Below, piece after piece: positions 27,409 through 38,495 of a stretch of 64,000 bases of DNA. The notes beneath the pieces are model-generated. The model was not told the DNA's origin. It did not search any database and saw only the letters and a program-made list of their open reading frames with translations. This DNA comes from Callorhinchus milii (lineage: Eukaryota), in NCBI RefSeq assembly GCF_018977255.1, contig NW_024704742.1, positions 63,738,001 to 63,802,000 of the forward strand. Reading direction: 5' to 3'. The position numbers and the translations under genes were made by a program. How positions within the stretch are numbered: the stretch's first letter is position 1; each line of letters begins with the position of its first letter.

Positions 27409-29189
27409 CACATGATTGCAGATTCAGGATACCCACTCACTAATTCTAATTCTGATGATCTGACACGAAGGCCTTCTCCTCGGCTCAGGTTTACAGCGTC
27501 TAAACCCCTTTGCACCCCATTCCTGCTTTTATTATGTTTTGAAGGAGCGGTTTTGCCTATATTTCTTAAATTGGGGTGGGGGTGGGGGAGACTGATTGCA
27601 GAACCACCATTGGAACATGAATGCAAGAAGAAATGCAGTGAAATTGCCTCAACCTGTTGGTTTTTGTCAGTACTACATAAAATGGCTGAATGCAGGGCTC
27701 CTCAATGACTCTTGTACATGTAAATAGTTTTAAAAATGTTTTTTCCTTTTTTAAAAAAACAGTGGGCAATGTGCTCTTTAAAGTTTTGTTCTTTTAAGGT
27801 AGTGTTTACTGCTGGAGCTATTTCACATGACAAATGTACAACAGATTACTTCATACCCACTGAGATTTTTGAAGTTTGGTTTAAACGGAGCAGGTTTATT
27901 GTAACCAGTTCCTTATGTTACCAGGTACGAGACAAAGCGAGATAATAGTTAACCAGATTATACTCACCCGTGCTCATATTTACATAATTACAGTTCCAAT
28001 TTCCTGAAGATGAGCTGCAGTCAGCTGATTTATAGGGCTGAAGGTAATTTAACAAACTAAGGGAGTCTGATCAGACGTCAAATAAGTTGTCTAATTCTAT
28101 AAGGTTTAAATGTTTTTAGTTGTAGCTTTTGGGTGGTGGAGGAGAGGAGAAACACAGAAAAATACTGGGACATGTTAATCTAAAGTGTTAATGCAGGCAA
28201 TAAAGGCGCCTTACAGCATTTTGATTGCACTCAGCAAGTCTAAATTGAAAAGTCTGTTACCTACCCTGTTATGCTAGACAGGCCTGTATGTAAATTATTT
28301 ATATTTTATATTTTAAATGAGCATGAATCCTATGGTGGAAATGCTGATATTTCTTGGCACTTAAATTGTTCAAAATATTCCAGGATCCTATTTGGATGTG
28401 TCACTGGGTAAAAACACGCTTTTTGCATTGATCACACTTCATGTTTGTGTTCTGCCGTTCCCTTTAGAAGTATTCAATATTTTATATTTAAGTATGTTTG
28501 TCACACACACCACAGTGATCCTTCTACGTTTTCCCTCACTTGTCATTTGAATAAAGAGGGAAATTGAAGGGTATTTAGGATTATCACAATCTTGGGTTCA
28601 ATGATCTTTGCTTCATGTCAGACTTATGTGATGGGTGACATTTTCAACAAAAACCGAGTTGACCTGTTAAATGGCTTGCCCTGTTTGTCGAGGCTTCTGT
28701 CTTTTGCGATATAGGTTTTTGTATGATATAGTATCAATCAGTACTACCAGGTTTCCCAGGAGTGTCAGTATACAGAACTTGCAGGGAAGAAAATTGGTTC
28801 TTAATCAGTAGAGGTTTCATTGATCAGCAACTACAACTGATCTATTGATATTAAAAGAGAATGAGCCACTACAAAGGATTGCAGCTATTCATGAACTGCC
28901 ACTGTTCAGATCTGATTGCTAAAGATTACTGACCCTCATGATGGCAAAACTTCAAAGGCTTCTGCATTTAAATGGAAGCGCTATTGAAAGAGACAATAAT
29001 AAGTTAGTAACTGTGGTCTATCCATATTCTAGCTTTTATTGGGATGCACATCAAAGACTTTTGCCAGGTGGTGGATAGATAGGTTTCATCTCACTGTTGG
29101 GTGTGGGACATTTATACATTGAGTTACAGTTGCTTGTGTGAAGCCAAATGTGCTGTCATTATTACTCTAGGCAACGGCTTTACCCCTGA

Positions 29190-29335
29190 TGACTCAGTTT
29201 GCCATTGCCGAGAATGAAAATGAGTCCGGCAAACCTAAAAGGTCCCGGGTTTAGTCCTCACTATGCCGAGTAAATTGATCTCAGTAGGTTTGCTGCAGTT
29301 GTGCTCGAGAAGAGAAAATTGGCTAGGGTTTTTGC
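29190..29335 (+). mobile_element. AmnSINE2-like 5' fragment
   Basis: aaggtcccgggtt..tgccgagtaaattgatctcag..aaaattggctagggtt. Confidence 0.4.
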
Positions 29336-30690
29336 TGTAAGTACATATTTATGCACTTTGACACGTACATACCTGAATATTAATGACTTTGAGCCTTTCT
29401 TCTCTTCTCTCTCCCCCCCTTCACCCCCCATCCATTTATGTACGTGGCCTGAGGTTGAAACCTCTCTTTCCATTAAATATACCCAATGATTGTACTATTG
29501 TAGGTTATTATGATTGAATTCTAGTATGTGATGGCACTACATAGTTCAGTTGTACATTACTGAAGACTCAGCTAGTTCAGGGTTTGAGTATAGTTTGAGA
29601 AGTTGTGGTCAGTTAGACTGGAAGATGATTGATAAAAAAGCACAGAAAGATTGATGACATTTCTAGATGTCGCACGGGAAGAAAATATTGAAGGCATTTT
29701 ATTTTTTTCCATATTATTTCTCTGACAGATTAAAAAATGAATTTCGAGGATGACAAGTTTCACATTCAACAATGGCTGTAGCTTCTAGGTTTGTTGTTTA
29801 TACATTTACTGAAGCATCAGCAACTAGTTTGCTTTCAGGATCTTAAAGATAGTGTTAAAAATTCATAGAAGGTAGACCTCAGAAACAGGCCATTCGGGCA
29901 TTCAGTCCGGCTTGTGTTTATACTCCATTCCATCATGCTCATTCCAGTTATAATGGGAATGAACATGACCTAAATAATCAGTGCACCAATGGTTAGTAAG
30001 CGCATTAAGATTGCATGAAAAGTTATTTTTGAGAATAGGTCAAAGGATTTGTACTTTTAATCCTCTTTTCTTTTGGGGTGGGAGGAGAGAAAGGAAGATT
30101 CTCAGCAGAAATGTTGGCTGATATACAGCTGTCCCTAATGGCATATTTGTACTGCTGAACTACACGTAAGAATTGGTATATTTGGAAAAACAGATGGGCA
30201 AACGCAGTTGAAAAATCTAGATTGATAGGTCTTGACTGGTGTACCTTCTCAGTAGTAAGGAGCTCCCAGTACAGACAATTCAGGCCACTGGCAACAGAAA
30301 AATCTCTGGCGACAGACATCCCTGGCAGGAGTGCGTTGTTTCTTTCTGTCTTCCTTAGATTCTCCCAAAACAGCAACAATGCTACCAGATTTACAATGAG
30401 ATACTCTTGTCTTTCTCATGATTCATAGCTGGTGCATAACCCATCATGCTGAAAAAATAAAGCTTAATATTTTGCAGTAAAACCTTCATATTCAATGACT
30501 CTTTATTTTACACTGCTGTTTGTGTTCTGTTCTCCTTGACATTTTGACTGCTTTTTGAATGATCACTACAACCTTGTATGACTTCTGAAGATGGATTATT
30601 ATTAAAAATATTGTCCATGAGTTGAATTGATATTGGGCAATACATAGTCACTCATGTTGAATCTATTCGTTGTTTCTTTCACGAATGCAG

Positions 30691-30902
30691 GAGGATCACC
30701 TACCGCCGCGACCACCACCTCCACCTCCAGCTGTTGGTACAGTCACTGTCTCCACCTCAGCTGTTGGTACAATCACTGCCTCCACCTCAGCTGTTGGTAC
30801 AGTCACTGCCTCCACCTCGGCTGCACCAGGTGGAGCGCCATGGCCTGCCTTGGGTTCAGCAGACCAAGTGGCACATCCAAGGCCTCAAGTACGTCCAAAC
30901 AT
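30691..30902 (+). CDS. SH3RF1: SH3RF1 coding exon (proline-rich linker with 10-aa tandem repeat)
   Basis: aatgcag acceptor, at|gtaagt donor; 212 nt, phase 0-2; EDHLPPRPPPPPP, three AVGT-x-T-x-STS units, AAPGGAPWPALGSADQVAHPRPQVRPN. Confidence 0.9.
30730..30819 (+). repeat. Coding minisatellite, 3 x 30 bp
   Basis: gctgttggtacaRtcactgYctccacctcR three times in tandem, encoding AVGTVTVSTS/AVGTITASTS/AVGTVTASTS. Confidence 0.95.
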
Positions 30903-30920
30903 GTAAGTAAGGTAATTTTT

Positions 30921-31170
30921 AATAATAATAATCCTTGCATTTGATTTAGCGCTTTTCATGTATTCTAGTCGTCTCAAAGCGCTTCACAGAATATACTGTA
31001 AAGTGAATTGACTGCATATTTGTGGGCGAAATGCGGCAGCCAATTGCGCACAGCAATGTCCCACAAATAGTCGTGGATTGAAAATGACCAATTTATTATT
31101 GTTTTTCTTTTTGGAGGGATTATTATTTGGAGTGTGGAGTAAGGAAACTTGCCCATGATTTTGCCCTGCC
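30921..31170 (-). mobile_element. tRNA-head SINE family (short variant, 5' truncated) filling most of a 362-nt intron
   Basis: aataataataatccttgcatttg..gtgtggagtaaggaaacttgccc. Confidence 0.9.
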
Positions 31171-31264
31171 TAATTTTTGTGGAACAAGTGCAATTGCTGT
31201 CTAGAATTTAATTACATTGAAGCATTTGGTACATGTGACTAATGTACTCCTAATAATTTTACAG

Positions 31265-31435
31265 GTATGTTGCTTTGTATCCATACACTCCTCGTAAAGA
31301 GGATGAGCTTGAGTTGCGAAAAGGGGAGATCTTTCTTGTACTCGAACGTTGCCAAGATGGATGGTTCAAGGGAACGTCCATGCACACAGGCAAGATCGGT
31401 GTTTTCCCTGGGAACTATATGGCACCTGTAGCCAG
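31265..31435 (+). CDS. SH3RF1: SH3RF1 coding exon (SH3 domain 3)
   Basis: ttttacag acceptor, ag|gtcagt donor; 171 nt, phase 2-2; [56 protein letters not shown]. Confidence 0.97.
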
Positions 31436-32264
31436 GTCAGTACATATATTGTGTGACACCACAACCTAGGAAAATTAAAGGTTTTCCTATTGAGGCACCT
31501 TCAATCTTTAGTCAGAAAAAATATGAAACCTCATCGTCCTTCACAAACATTCTTGCTGCTTTTAGGTCTTTTTGTTGAACAGAATTTTGAAAGAACCAAT
31601 GTATTAAACAATCAATTTTCCTTTTTATTTTCATTTTGCCATCTAAGCAGTCAGGATGGGGATAGAGTTCAAGTGCTATCCATGACTTTAGACTTCAGTT
31701 GTCCAGTACATCCCATGAACAGAAATCTCTTCAGAACATTATGTACCGCTGAATTCTTACAGTAAAGCAGCTCTAATGTGTGACATGTACAGTCCCAAGA
31801 TTTTGAGCTGTCCCTTCTGATATCTGTTGCCAATCACCATGTTTGTTATGTCCACAAAGATATCCTCTCATTGCTACTCGGGTTGGATGCCCATTGTCTC
31901 ACATAATCAAAATCTTTTCTATCATAAGTAGGCAATCTAGTTGGATTCTTTCTCATAATAACTACCTTAAATTATGTTAAGAGTTGATATGTGCTGTTTA
32001 ATGAATGTCTTTCAAAATGAAACCAATTATACCTTCATGGCTTGATTAGGTAATGGAATTGTATAGGCAGAATCTTAAAATCTAAGTATTTGTTTTAGAG
32101 TAAGATTGGAGGCAGATCATAGAATAGAATTGTTCTTCAGGTTTGGGAGGATTGTAACATCACAGTGGTTGTCAGGGATAGTGCCAGTAATACAATATGT
32201 TGAGCAATATGTTGGCAATATTAGTTGCCAGTTAAATTTCACATCTATTTAGTCAAGTATTTTT

Positions 32265-33080
32265 GGTCAGCTGGGTGACACATGCAGAAATTAAGGTTTT
32301 TTTCCTCACCCTCCTCCTCTAGTTATTGTGGACTTTGGTTTAACTACAAGAATGTACAACTCTCTCTCTCTCTCTCTAACCTCCCTCCCTTGTGGAGTCC
32401 TGTAGCTTAGTGGTTAGATCACTCGCTCCTCTCAAACGAGAGGACCAGGAAGGGTAAACCATAGGCAAGTTGCCTTACTTCACATGCCTCGGTTTAGCTA
32501 GCAGTAAGTAGGAACCCAGTTGTTAGTTGATTGGAGGATCGCTTTCTAGGGGTAATAATCCCTCCAAAAAAATAATAATAGTCACTCAATCCACGACTGT
32601 TTGTGGGACACTGCTGTGCGCAATTGGCTGCCGTGTTTCGCCCACAAACACTTTACAGTATTTGAAGTGTTTTGAAATGCATCGAGGATGTGATAAGGTA
32701 CTATATCAAATGCAAGGATTATTATTATAAACTGGAGGAATACATCCTGTTTACCTAAATCCAGAAACTATTAGGCTCAGGTTGGCAAGAGCCAAGGCTT
32801 GGGGACCCCAGAGTGTGTGTTGGGGTCCTGCTCTCGTCTAACCAGCTAAAACCACATAGCTTGCTATTGATATTGCTGTCTGGCAAGCTTTTCTGCTGCT
32901 TGTCCAGCTAGGATCACCTTATGTGTTTTGGCTTTGACTTGCAGGGATAACAGGAGCTGAGTGGGATGATTTCCTGCCCCTAGGAATTGGCCTTTCCAGG
33001 TCCTGCTGGTGAGCCATGCTGACTGTGCTGTCATCAGCAGGGCCCTGGAATACTGTGACTGGCCAGGAGAACTTGCTTAC
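32265..33080 (-). mobile_element. Family X repeat interrupted by a SINE
   Basis: ttttt-ggtcagctgggtgacacatgc end at 32265; resumes at ctggaggaatacatcctgtttacc after the SINE. Confidence 0.7.
32392..32728 (+). mobile_element. tRNA-head SINE (long variant)
   Basis: gtggagtcctgtagcttagtggttag head, agcagtaagtaggaacccag middle, ggattattattat tail. Confidence 0.9.
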
Positions 33081-33605
33081 CTCTCCCTACCACCCCCACC
33101 GTGCCCCCCGGAGATATTTAGTCAAGCAGGCATCTTGCCACAGATATTACTTTTTTTCTTTTTTGAAAAAACAGCCCTCATTTTTCTCACCTCTATCTAA
33201 GTTGGTTCCACCTCCCTCGAGGTCGGTCGGTTGGTGACTGATCGATCAGTGTGCCCCTTGTGTCTCATCGCTGCACCATTGGTGATCAGATTAAGTTGCA
33301 GATGGGCAGAAAAGTAGAGCTGCGGTGTGCTTGTCCAAGTGTTAAAATCCTGATATGGTAAAATAAGCAAAGTGCTAGAAATTAATTTGCAGATAGCACT
33401 GGTAGTGTCCCTGTCTCAACAGTTTTACTGCCAATAATAATAATATGCAGCTTCTCTGAATTCATTCTGATTCAACTATCACTTGGTTTAACAAGAGATT
33501 CTCAGTTTATTATAGCCTCCTCCCTCAAAATTGCAAAAAGGAAATTTCATATTTAGTGTTCTGTTTTAGTTTTGTAATCCCCAAAAATGTATTTTTCATG
33601 AACAG

Positions 33606-33880
33606 GACATCTTCTGGAACAGCTCAGCCAAAATTACCACTGGCAGTGGCACCACAAGTAGGTCGAGGAGTTACAGTGGTCAGCCCTTCTCAGGCAGTCG
33701 TGTCTCAAGCTAAAGCTCCTGCAAATGGCTCAGATTGCAGCAGACCAATCAGTCCTACTACCCTACCTACTGTTGTGGTATCAGCAGCACTCATTCAAGC
33801 TACGAATCCACAGACAAAGGTTTTGATGCACATGACTGGCCAGATGACTGTCAACCAAGCTCGGAATGCTGTTCGCACAG
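33606..33880 (+). CDS. SH3RF1: SH3RF1 coding exon
   Basis: gaacag acceptor, g|gtgaga donor; 275 nt, phase 2-1; TSSGTAQPKLP...KVLMHMTGQMTVNQARNAVRT. Confidence 0.93.
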
Positions 33881-35555
33881 GTGAGATGAAGCACCCATGT
33901 ATTAATGGTGCAGCAAAAAAAGAATCCCCCTTCTCTCCCAAAATGTTGTCGAAACCATTAACTCCATTGGGTCAGGAATCAAAACGGATGATATAATAAT
34001 AACTTCCATCTATATCATATCTTGTACTACTACTGCAACTTGCATTTATATAGCGCCCCTCATGCAGGGTATTAGCATCCCAAAGCGCTTAGTGTATATC
34101 AAATGAGTGTCTTGAAACAATGAATGAAGGTAATTGTTATAAAGACAAATGCAACAGCTAATTTACACCAGCAATATCCCGTTACAGTAGTATGAAATAA
34201 TTAGCCAATTAACTTGAATTTTGGAAAATTTGGATGACTGCAATGTGTCAATTGTACATTTAATGGTATTTAATTTAAATCAAATTGTTGATTCAAATTT
34301 ACGAGTCTTTGCTTGGTTCAAGACCCCGGGACAATCAAGTTCATACAGACAGGTATAGCAATGTGCATGGTACAGAAAGATATAGTTTCTGATCTGGAGA
34401 ACAGAATATATATTTGCTGGAGTTTTCTCCTTTCTTTTCTTCCTGCGACTGTTCCAACTTTATGCTGGTTAGTGCCCGATATTCATGCACAGGAAAAACA
34501 GAACAAGTTTTCGCTATCTTCGAGACTGTCTGGCTCACAGATATAGTTTCCTTATTTTTACTCTTCACCCCCCCACTCCCCAAGACCATCTTTCACATAC
34601 TATAACTTTTTCCCACATAACTATACCAGACTGAACAAGGACATTAGATAAATGAAAGACAGACATGAGTCATTTCTAGCAAGTAAACAAGTTATAAGAG
34701 TACAATGATCAGTGCAATTTCAAATGATCAGTAATTTTGCATTTTAGGCAAAATACATACGTGATAATGATCAACTTAACAAAGTTTCATCAGCCTACAG
34801 TGCTAAAATGATTACAAATATATGTTTCATGGCGGCAAGTCTTAGCAATAGTCTATGTGCATCATTCCAAACAAGGCGCTTTGTTCTAGTGGCTTTGACT
34901 ACAAGAGTGATAATATTTCTCAATTCTCATACCATATTTGTCTTTGCTCACAGGAGCCTGAATCCCACACTTAGCACAATCATAATTCAGCAAATCAGCT
35001 TAAGTAAAATTAACTCTCTAAAATGTCAATCTAAACACATTCTTTACAACAACAACAATTTGTATTTATATAGCCCCACCCCCCTCCCCATGCAGGATAT
35101 TGTCCCATCGCGCTTCAGAGTGGCGGAGTACGACTGGCTATAAGCACGAACCTACAAGTCTAAGACAGGTTAACTGGGAGAAAAACTCCATGTTTCTTTG
35201 AAATATCAGTGTCAGGATTCCTTACGTCGTGAATCTCAAGGTGGATGGACCCCAAATAAAATAATACAATAAAAAAGGGGATAAAACTGGAAATGCTCAG
35301 TGGCTCTCAACAAAAAAAAATTCTAGAAGAGGGGAGATTAAGGGTTCTTCTGAAATAATTTTTGTGCTGGAACTTTAAGTAGCCAGTACAAGAGTTAAGT
35401 ACCTGTTAGCTGGAAGATATAATTGCTGCTGGTAAATTGTTGTGATATTGTATGGCCTATTAGTGAGTACTTGCATTAAACCCTTTCACGGTAAACAGGG
35501 AGGTTAATTGGTGTACTTATGTTGTATAATATTTTCCTGAATTTATTCCTGACAG

Positions 35556-35887
35556 CTGCTACCCATGGCCAGGAGAGACCAACTGCAGCTGTGACTCCTA
35601 TTCAAGCTTACAATCCAGTTACCCCTATTTCAGCCACACCCGTTGCTCCTCAGCAAGTCACTTCTACACAACATCATCAGGCAGGACAGACAGTTGCCCC
35701 TTTTGCTCCCAGATCAGCTGTGGCTCTCAGCTCTGCAGCAGTTGCCATAACTCCTCCTAACATCAGTGCTGCGTCTCTTGAGGGGGAGACATCTGGAAAG
35801 ATGCAAGCTGCCCCACCTGGAACCCCTGCTGCTCCCCCTGTGACTGCTTCAGCTGCTAATAAATTTGAAAAGGAAAGCAGAGACAAG
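35556..35887 (+). CDS. SH3RF1: SH3RF1 coding exon
   Basis: cctgacag acceptor, aag|gtgggt donor; 332 nt, phase 1-0; ATHGQERPTAAVTPIQ...AITPPNISAASLE...KFEKESRDK. Confidence 0.93.
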
Positions 35888-36067
35888 GTGGGTGAATCTA
35901 ATGGAGATTATTTACTACTTACAGTTAGTACAGATTCATAATAGACCCGCTATATCGGCAAGGCAGCACTATGGTTAAAGAGGTCTATAATGGGTGTCCC
36001 CTATGTCAGTTGTAAATGTAATTTAAAATTATTGAAACATATCAAATTCATGTTTGCTTTCTTGCAG

Positions 36068-36402
36068 AAGGAGAAGAAGAGCTTCTTAAAACTGCTTTCT
36101 GGGGCATCTACCAAGCGGAAATCACGCCCTTCCCCTCCATCTTCACCCACATTAGAATCTGAAGCGTCTGCTGCCGACTCATTCCTACAGGGAGCTGTGG
36201 GTCCTGAAGTTCCTTCATGTATAAACCACAGCAGAACTGGATCTTGTCCTGTAGATAATGAATCCCAAGGAGTATTGTTCGAAACACTTCATCGAAAAAC
36301 AGCTTCCTTAGATTCCGGCGTCCCAATCGCACCTCCTCCAAGACAACCTTGTTCATCCATGGGCCCAGTTCAACTGGAATCCAAATCAGTCCCATGTGAA
36401 AG
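36068..36402 (+). CDS. SH3RF1: SH3RF1 coding exon
   Basis: cttgcag acceptor (CAGAAG tandem NAGNAG), ag|gtattc donor; 335 nt, phase 0-2; KEKKSFLKLLSGASTKRKSRPSPPSSPTLE...RKTASLDSGVPIAPPPRQPCSSMGP...VPCE. Confidence 0.95.
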
Positions 36403-36499
36403 GTATTCTTTACTGTCTTTCACTCCTAACTACAATAGTATTAGGTCGGGAGAAAAAGGAAATGTGCATTTCAGGCAGTCAGTAAGTTGGCTGAAGAGC

Positions 36500-36952
36500 T
36501 ACAGCTGGGCATCTGATGCACGCAAAGTAACCAAAGCAGGTGGAGAGTTCCACATATATATGCACCTACACATGGAAATTGCCTTGTCTCTGGATTGGAA
36601 TGTACTTTCTCTCATGGAGAAACGTTCTCTCTCCTTACCTTATCCCGGTGTAGGCCGGTAAGAGCCAAGGCTTGAGGATCCCACAGCGTGCATTGGGGTA
36701 CTGCTAGAATTTATCCAGCTAAAACCAGAAAGTTTACCATTGAAAGTTCTACCTGGCAAGCTTCCCGCTCCTCATGGAACACGGACCACCCTACTCAATA
36801 GGATTTTGCCTTGCAGGGTTAATGGGAGACGAGTAGGAAGAATCTCTGCTCCCAATGACCAGCAGGTTCTGCTGATGAGCCAGGATGTCTTAATCTGTCA
36901 TCAGCAATACCCTGGAATATAGGTACCTGCCTGGCTCAAAAACTGGCTTACC
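36500..36952 (-). mobile_element. Family X repeat
   Basis: cacctacacatggaaat, aagagccaaggctt, ccagctaaaacc, and a tgctgatga..tcatcagca hairpin. Confidence 0.7.
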
Positions 36953-38326
36953 GTTTCACTATCCATGTATTTGGGAAGAAATTCCATTTGCAATTAAATT
37001 CCTTTGTCCTCACATGGTTAACAGTTTGCATCATGCGTGAAAAGGTTTGAATTGGAGCGTAGAGGAAGAAGGAAAATAGAGAGATTTCCAACTGTAAATA
37101 TTTCCAGTTCTAATCCTCATTCTGCTGATAGAAGTACTTTCAGGAACACAAAATCTGATGTTGGTGGGGGTAAATGAGGAGAGAAACGCTGCAAGTTTCT
37201 CTCCGAAGATTGGAGTGGCAGTAGACTTTCAAGTAAAGAAGCAATTTGCTCTTTGTCAAAATGCAACTGAAAAGACTCCTTTAGTGGTCTCATTTCAGGC
37301 ACCTTTTCATTGCCTGAGCACCATTCCATAACAACAGGGGTTCTCAATTGGCCAGGACTGTCTCAATGGTTTTAAAATTGAACAAATGGAAACACAAAGG
37401 GGAAGAACCAGGCACAAGCAGTCTAACCACGCTAATGGCTTTTTCAGCACAGGAAGGGACTGTTTCGACTAGATTGGTACTTGATATATGAGTGAGAATT
37501 CTAGCTAGTTTTATGGCATTGCTTGGGATGCAGCTGTTCCTGGGCAATTTAAAGCTGTGGGAGGTACTTGTGTTCGAGATGGTTTTCACGCAGAGTAATA
37601 AAACTATAATGAGTACTGAAAGACTCCATTACAGCATGTCCAAATGGAACGGTAAATGAATAAACTTTGTATGTGGGCTTTTGTCATTTTAACTGCTTGC
37701 TTATAAAAGTTTACATCAAGTGCAGGTTTTGAGCTGTATATTTTTATTAATATTTGAAAAGTCATCGCACCATGTCTAATTGAGGTTAGACATTTCTGCG
37801 CATGAAATGTTTACTGTAATATTCACTGAGCCATATTGTGAATAATGAATTCTAAAATGTTCAGGCTTTCTGCACAGATTTATTTTTTAAAAAAATTAGC
37901 TTATTTCTACCTATGCACGTTATTTCAGTGGAAATACTCTGGTAGTGATTACATTCAAGTTGGCTTTAATATGTCCCAGGTGCAACAATAGCAGGTGGAG
38001 AAAATGTAGTGCTGCAGCACAAACTTGAATCTGGATACAAAAAAGGCCCTTTTAAATATAACTATATACACAACAGCATTCAACCCTTCTATCCATAGTT
38101 TGTGCCAGCGCTTGCTATTATGCCTTTGTGGTCTGTCACACAAACATATGGTTGAAGTTAATCTGTGGTTGGAAGTTGCATTATTGTTTTTGAGCTAATG
38201 TTTTTACTTGGCCTTTAACAGAGGGGTTTTTTCAAGCAGTTACTTGTATTTGTCGATTAAGTGCTATTTAAAAAGGTTCACCCCCTCCCCCAAACTGTGT
38301 GCTAATTGAAATGTATTTTTGTCTAG

Positions 38327-38495
38327 GTACAGAGTTGTGGTATCCTATCCCCCACAGAGCGAGGCTGAGCTGGAGCTTAAAGAGGGCGACATTGTGTTTG
38401 TGCATAAAAAACGTGAAGATGGCTGGTTTAAGGGCACTCTACAACGCAATGGAAAAACTGGTCTCTTCCCTGGCAGCTTTGTGGAGAGCATCTGA
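38327..38495 (+). CDS. SH3RF1: SH3RF1 terminal coding exon (SH3 domain 4) with TGA stop
   Basis: ttgtctag acceptor; [58 protein letters not shown] at 38493-38495. Confidence 0.97.

Noticed and set aside
32990..33055. Hammerhead in family X (CTGATGA…GAAA on the minus strand)
   Set aside because: Stems I and II cannot be formed convincingly; CTGATGA is simply one arm of a long hairpin.
17968..38495. Assignment to paralog SH3RF3 or SH3RF2
   Set aside because: [47 protein letters not shown] and [14 protein letters not shown] fit SH3RF1 as I recall it.
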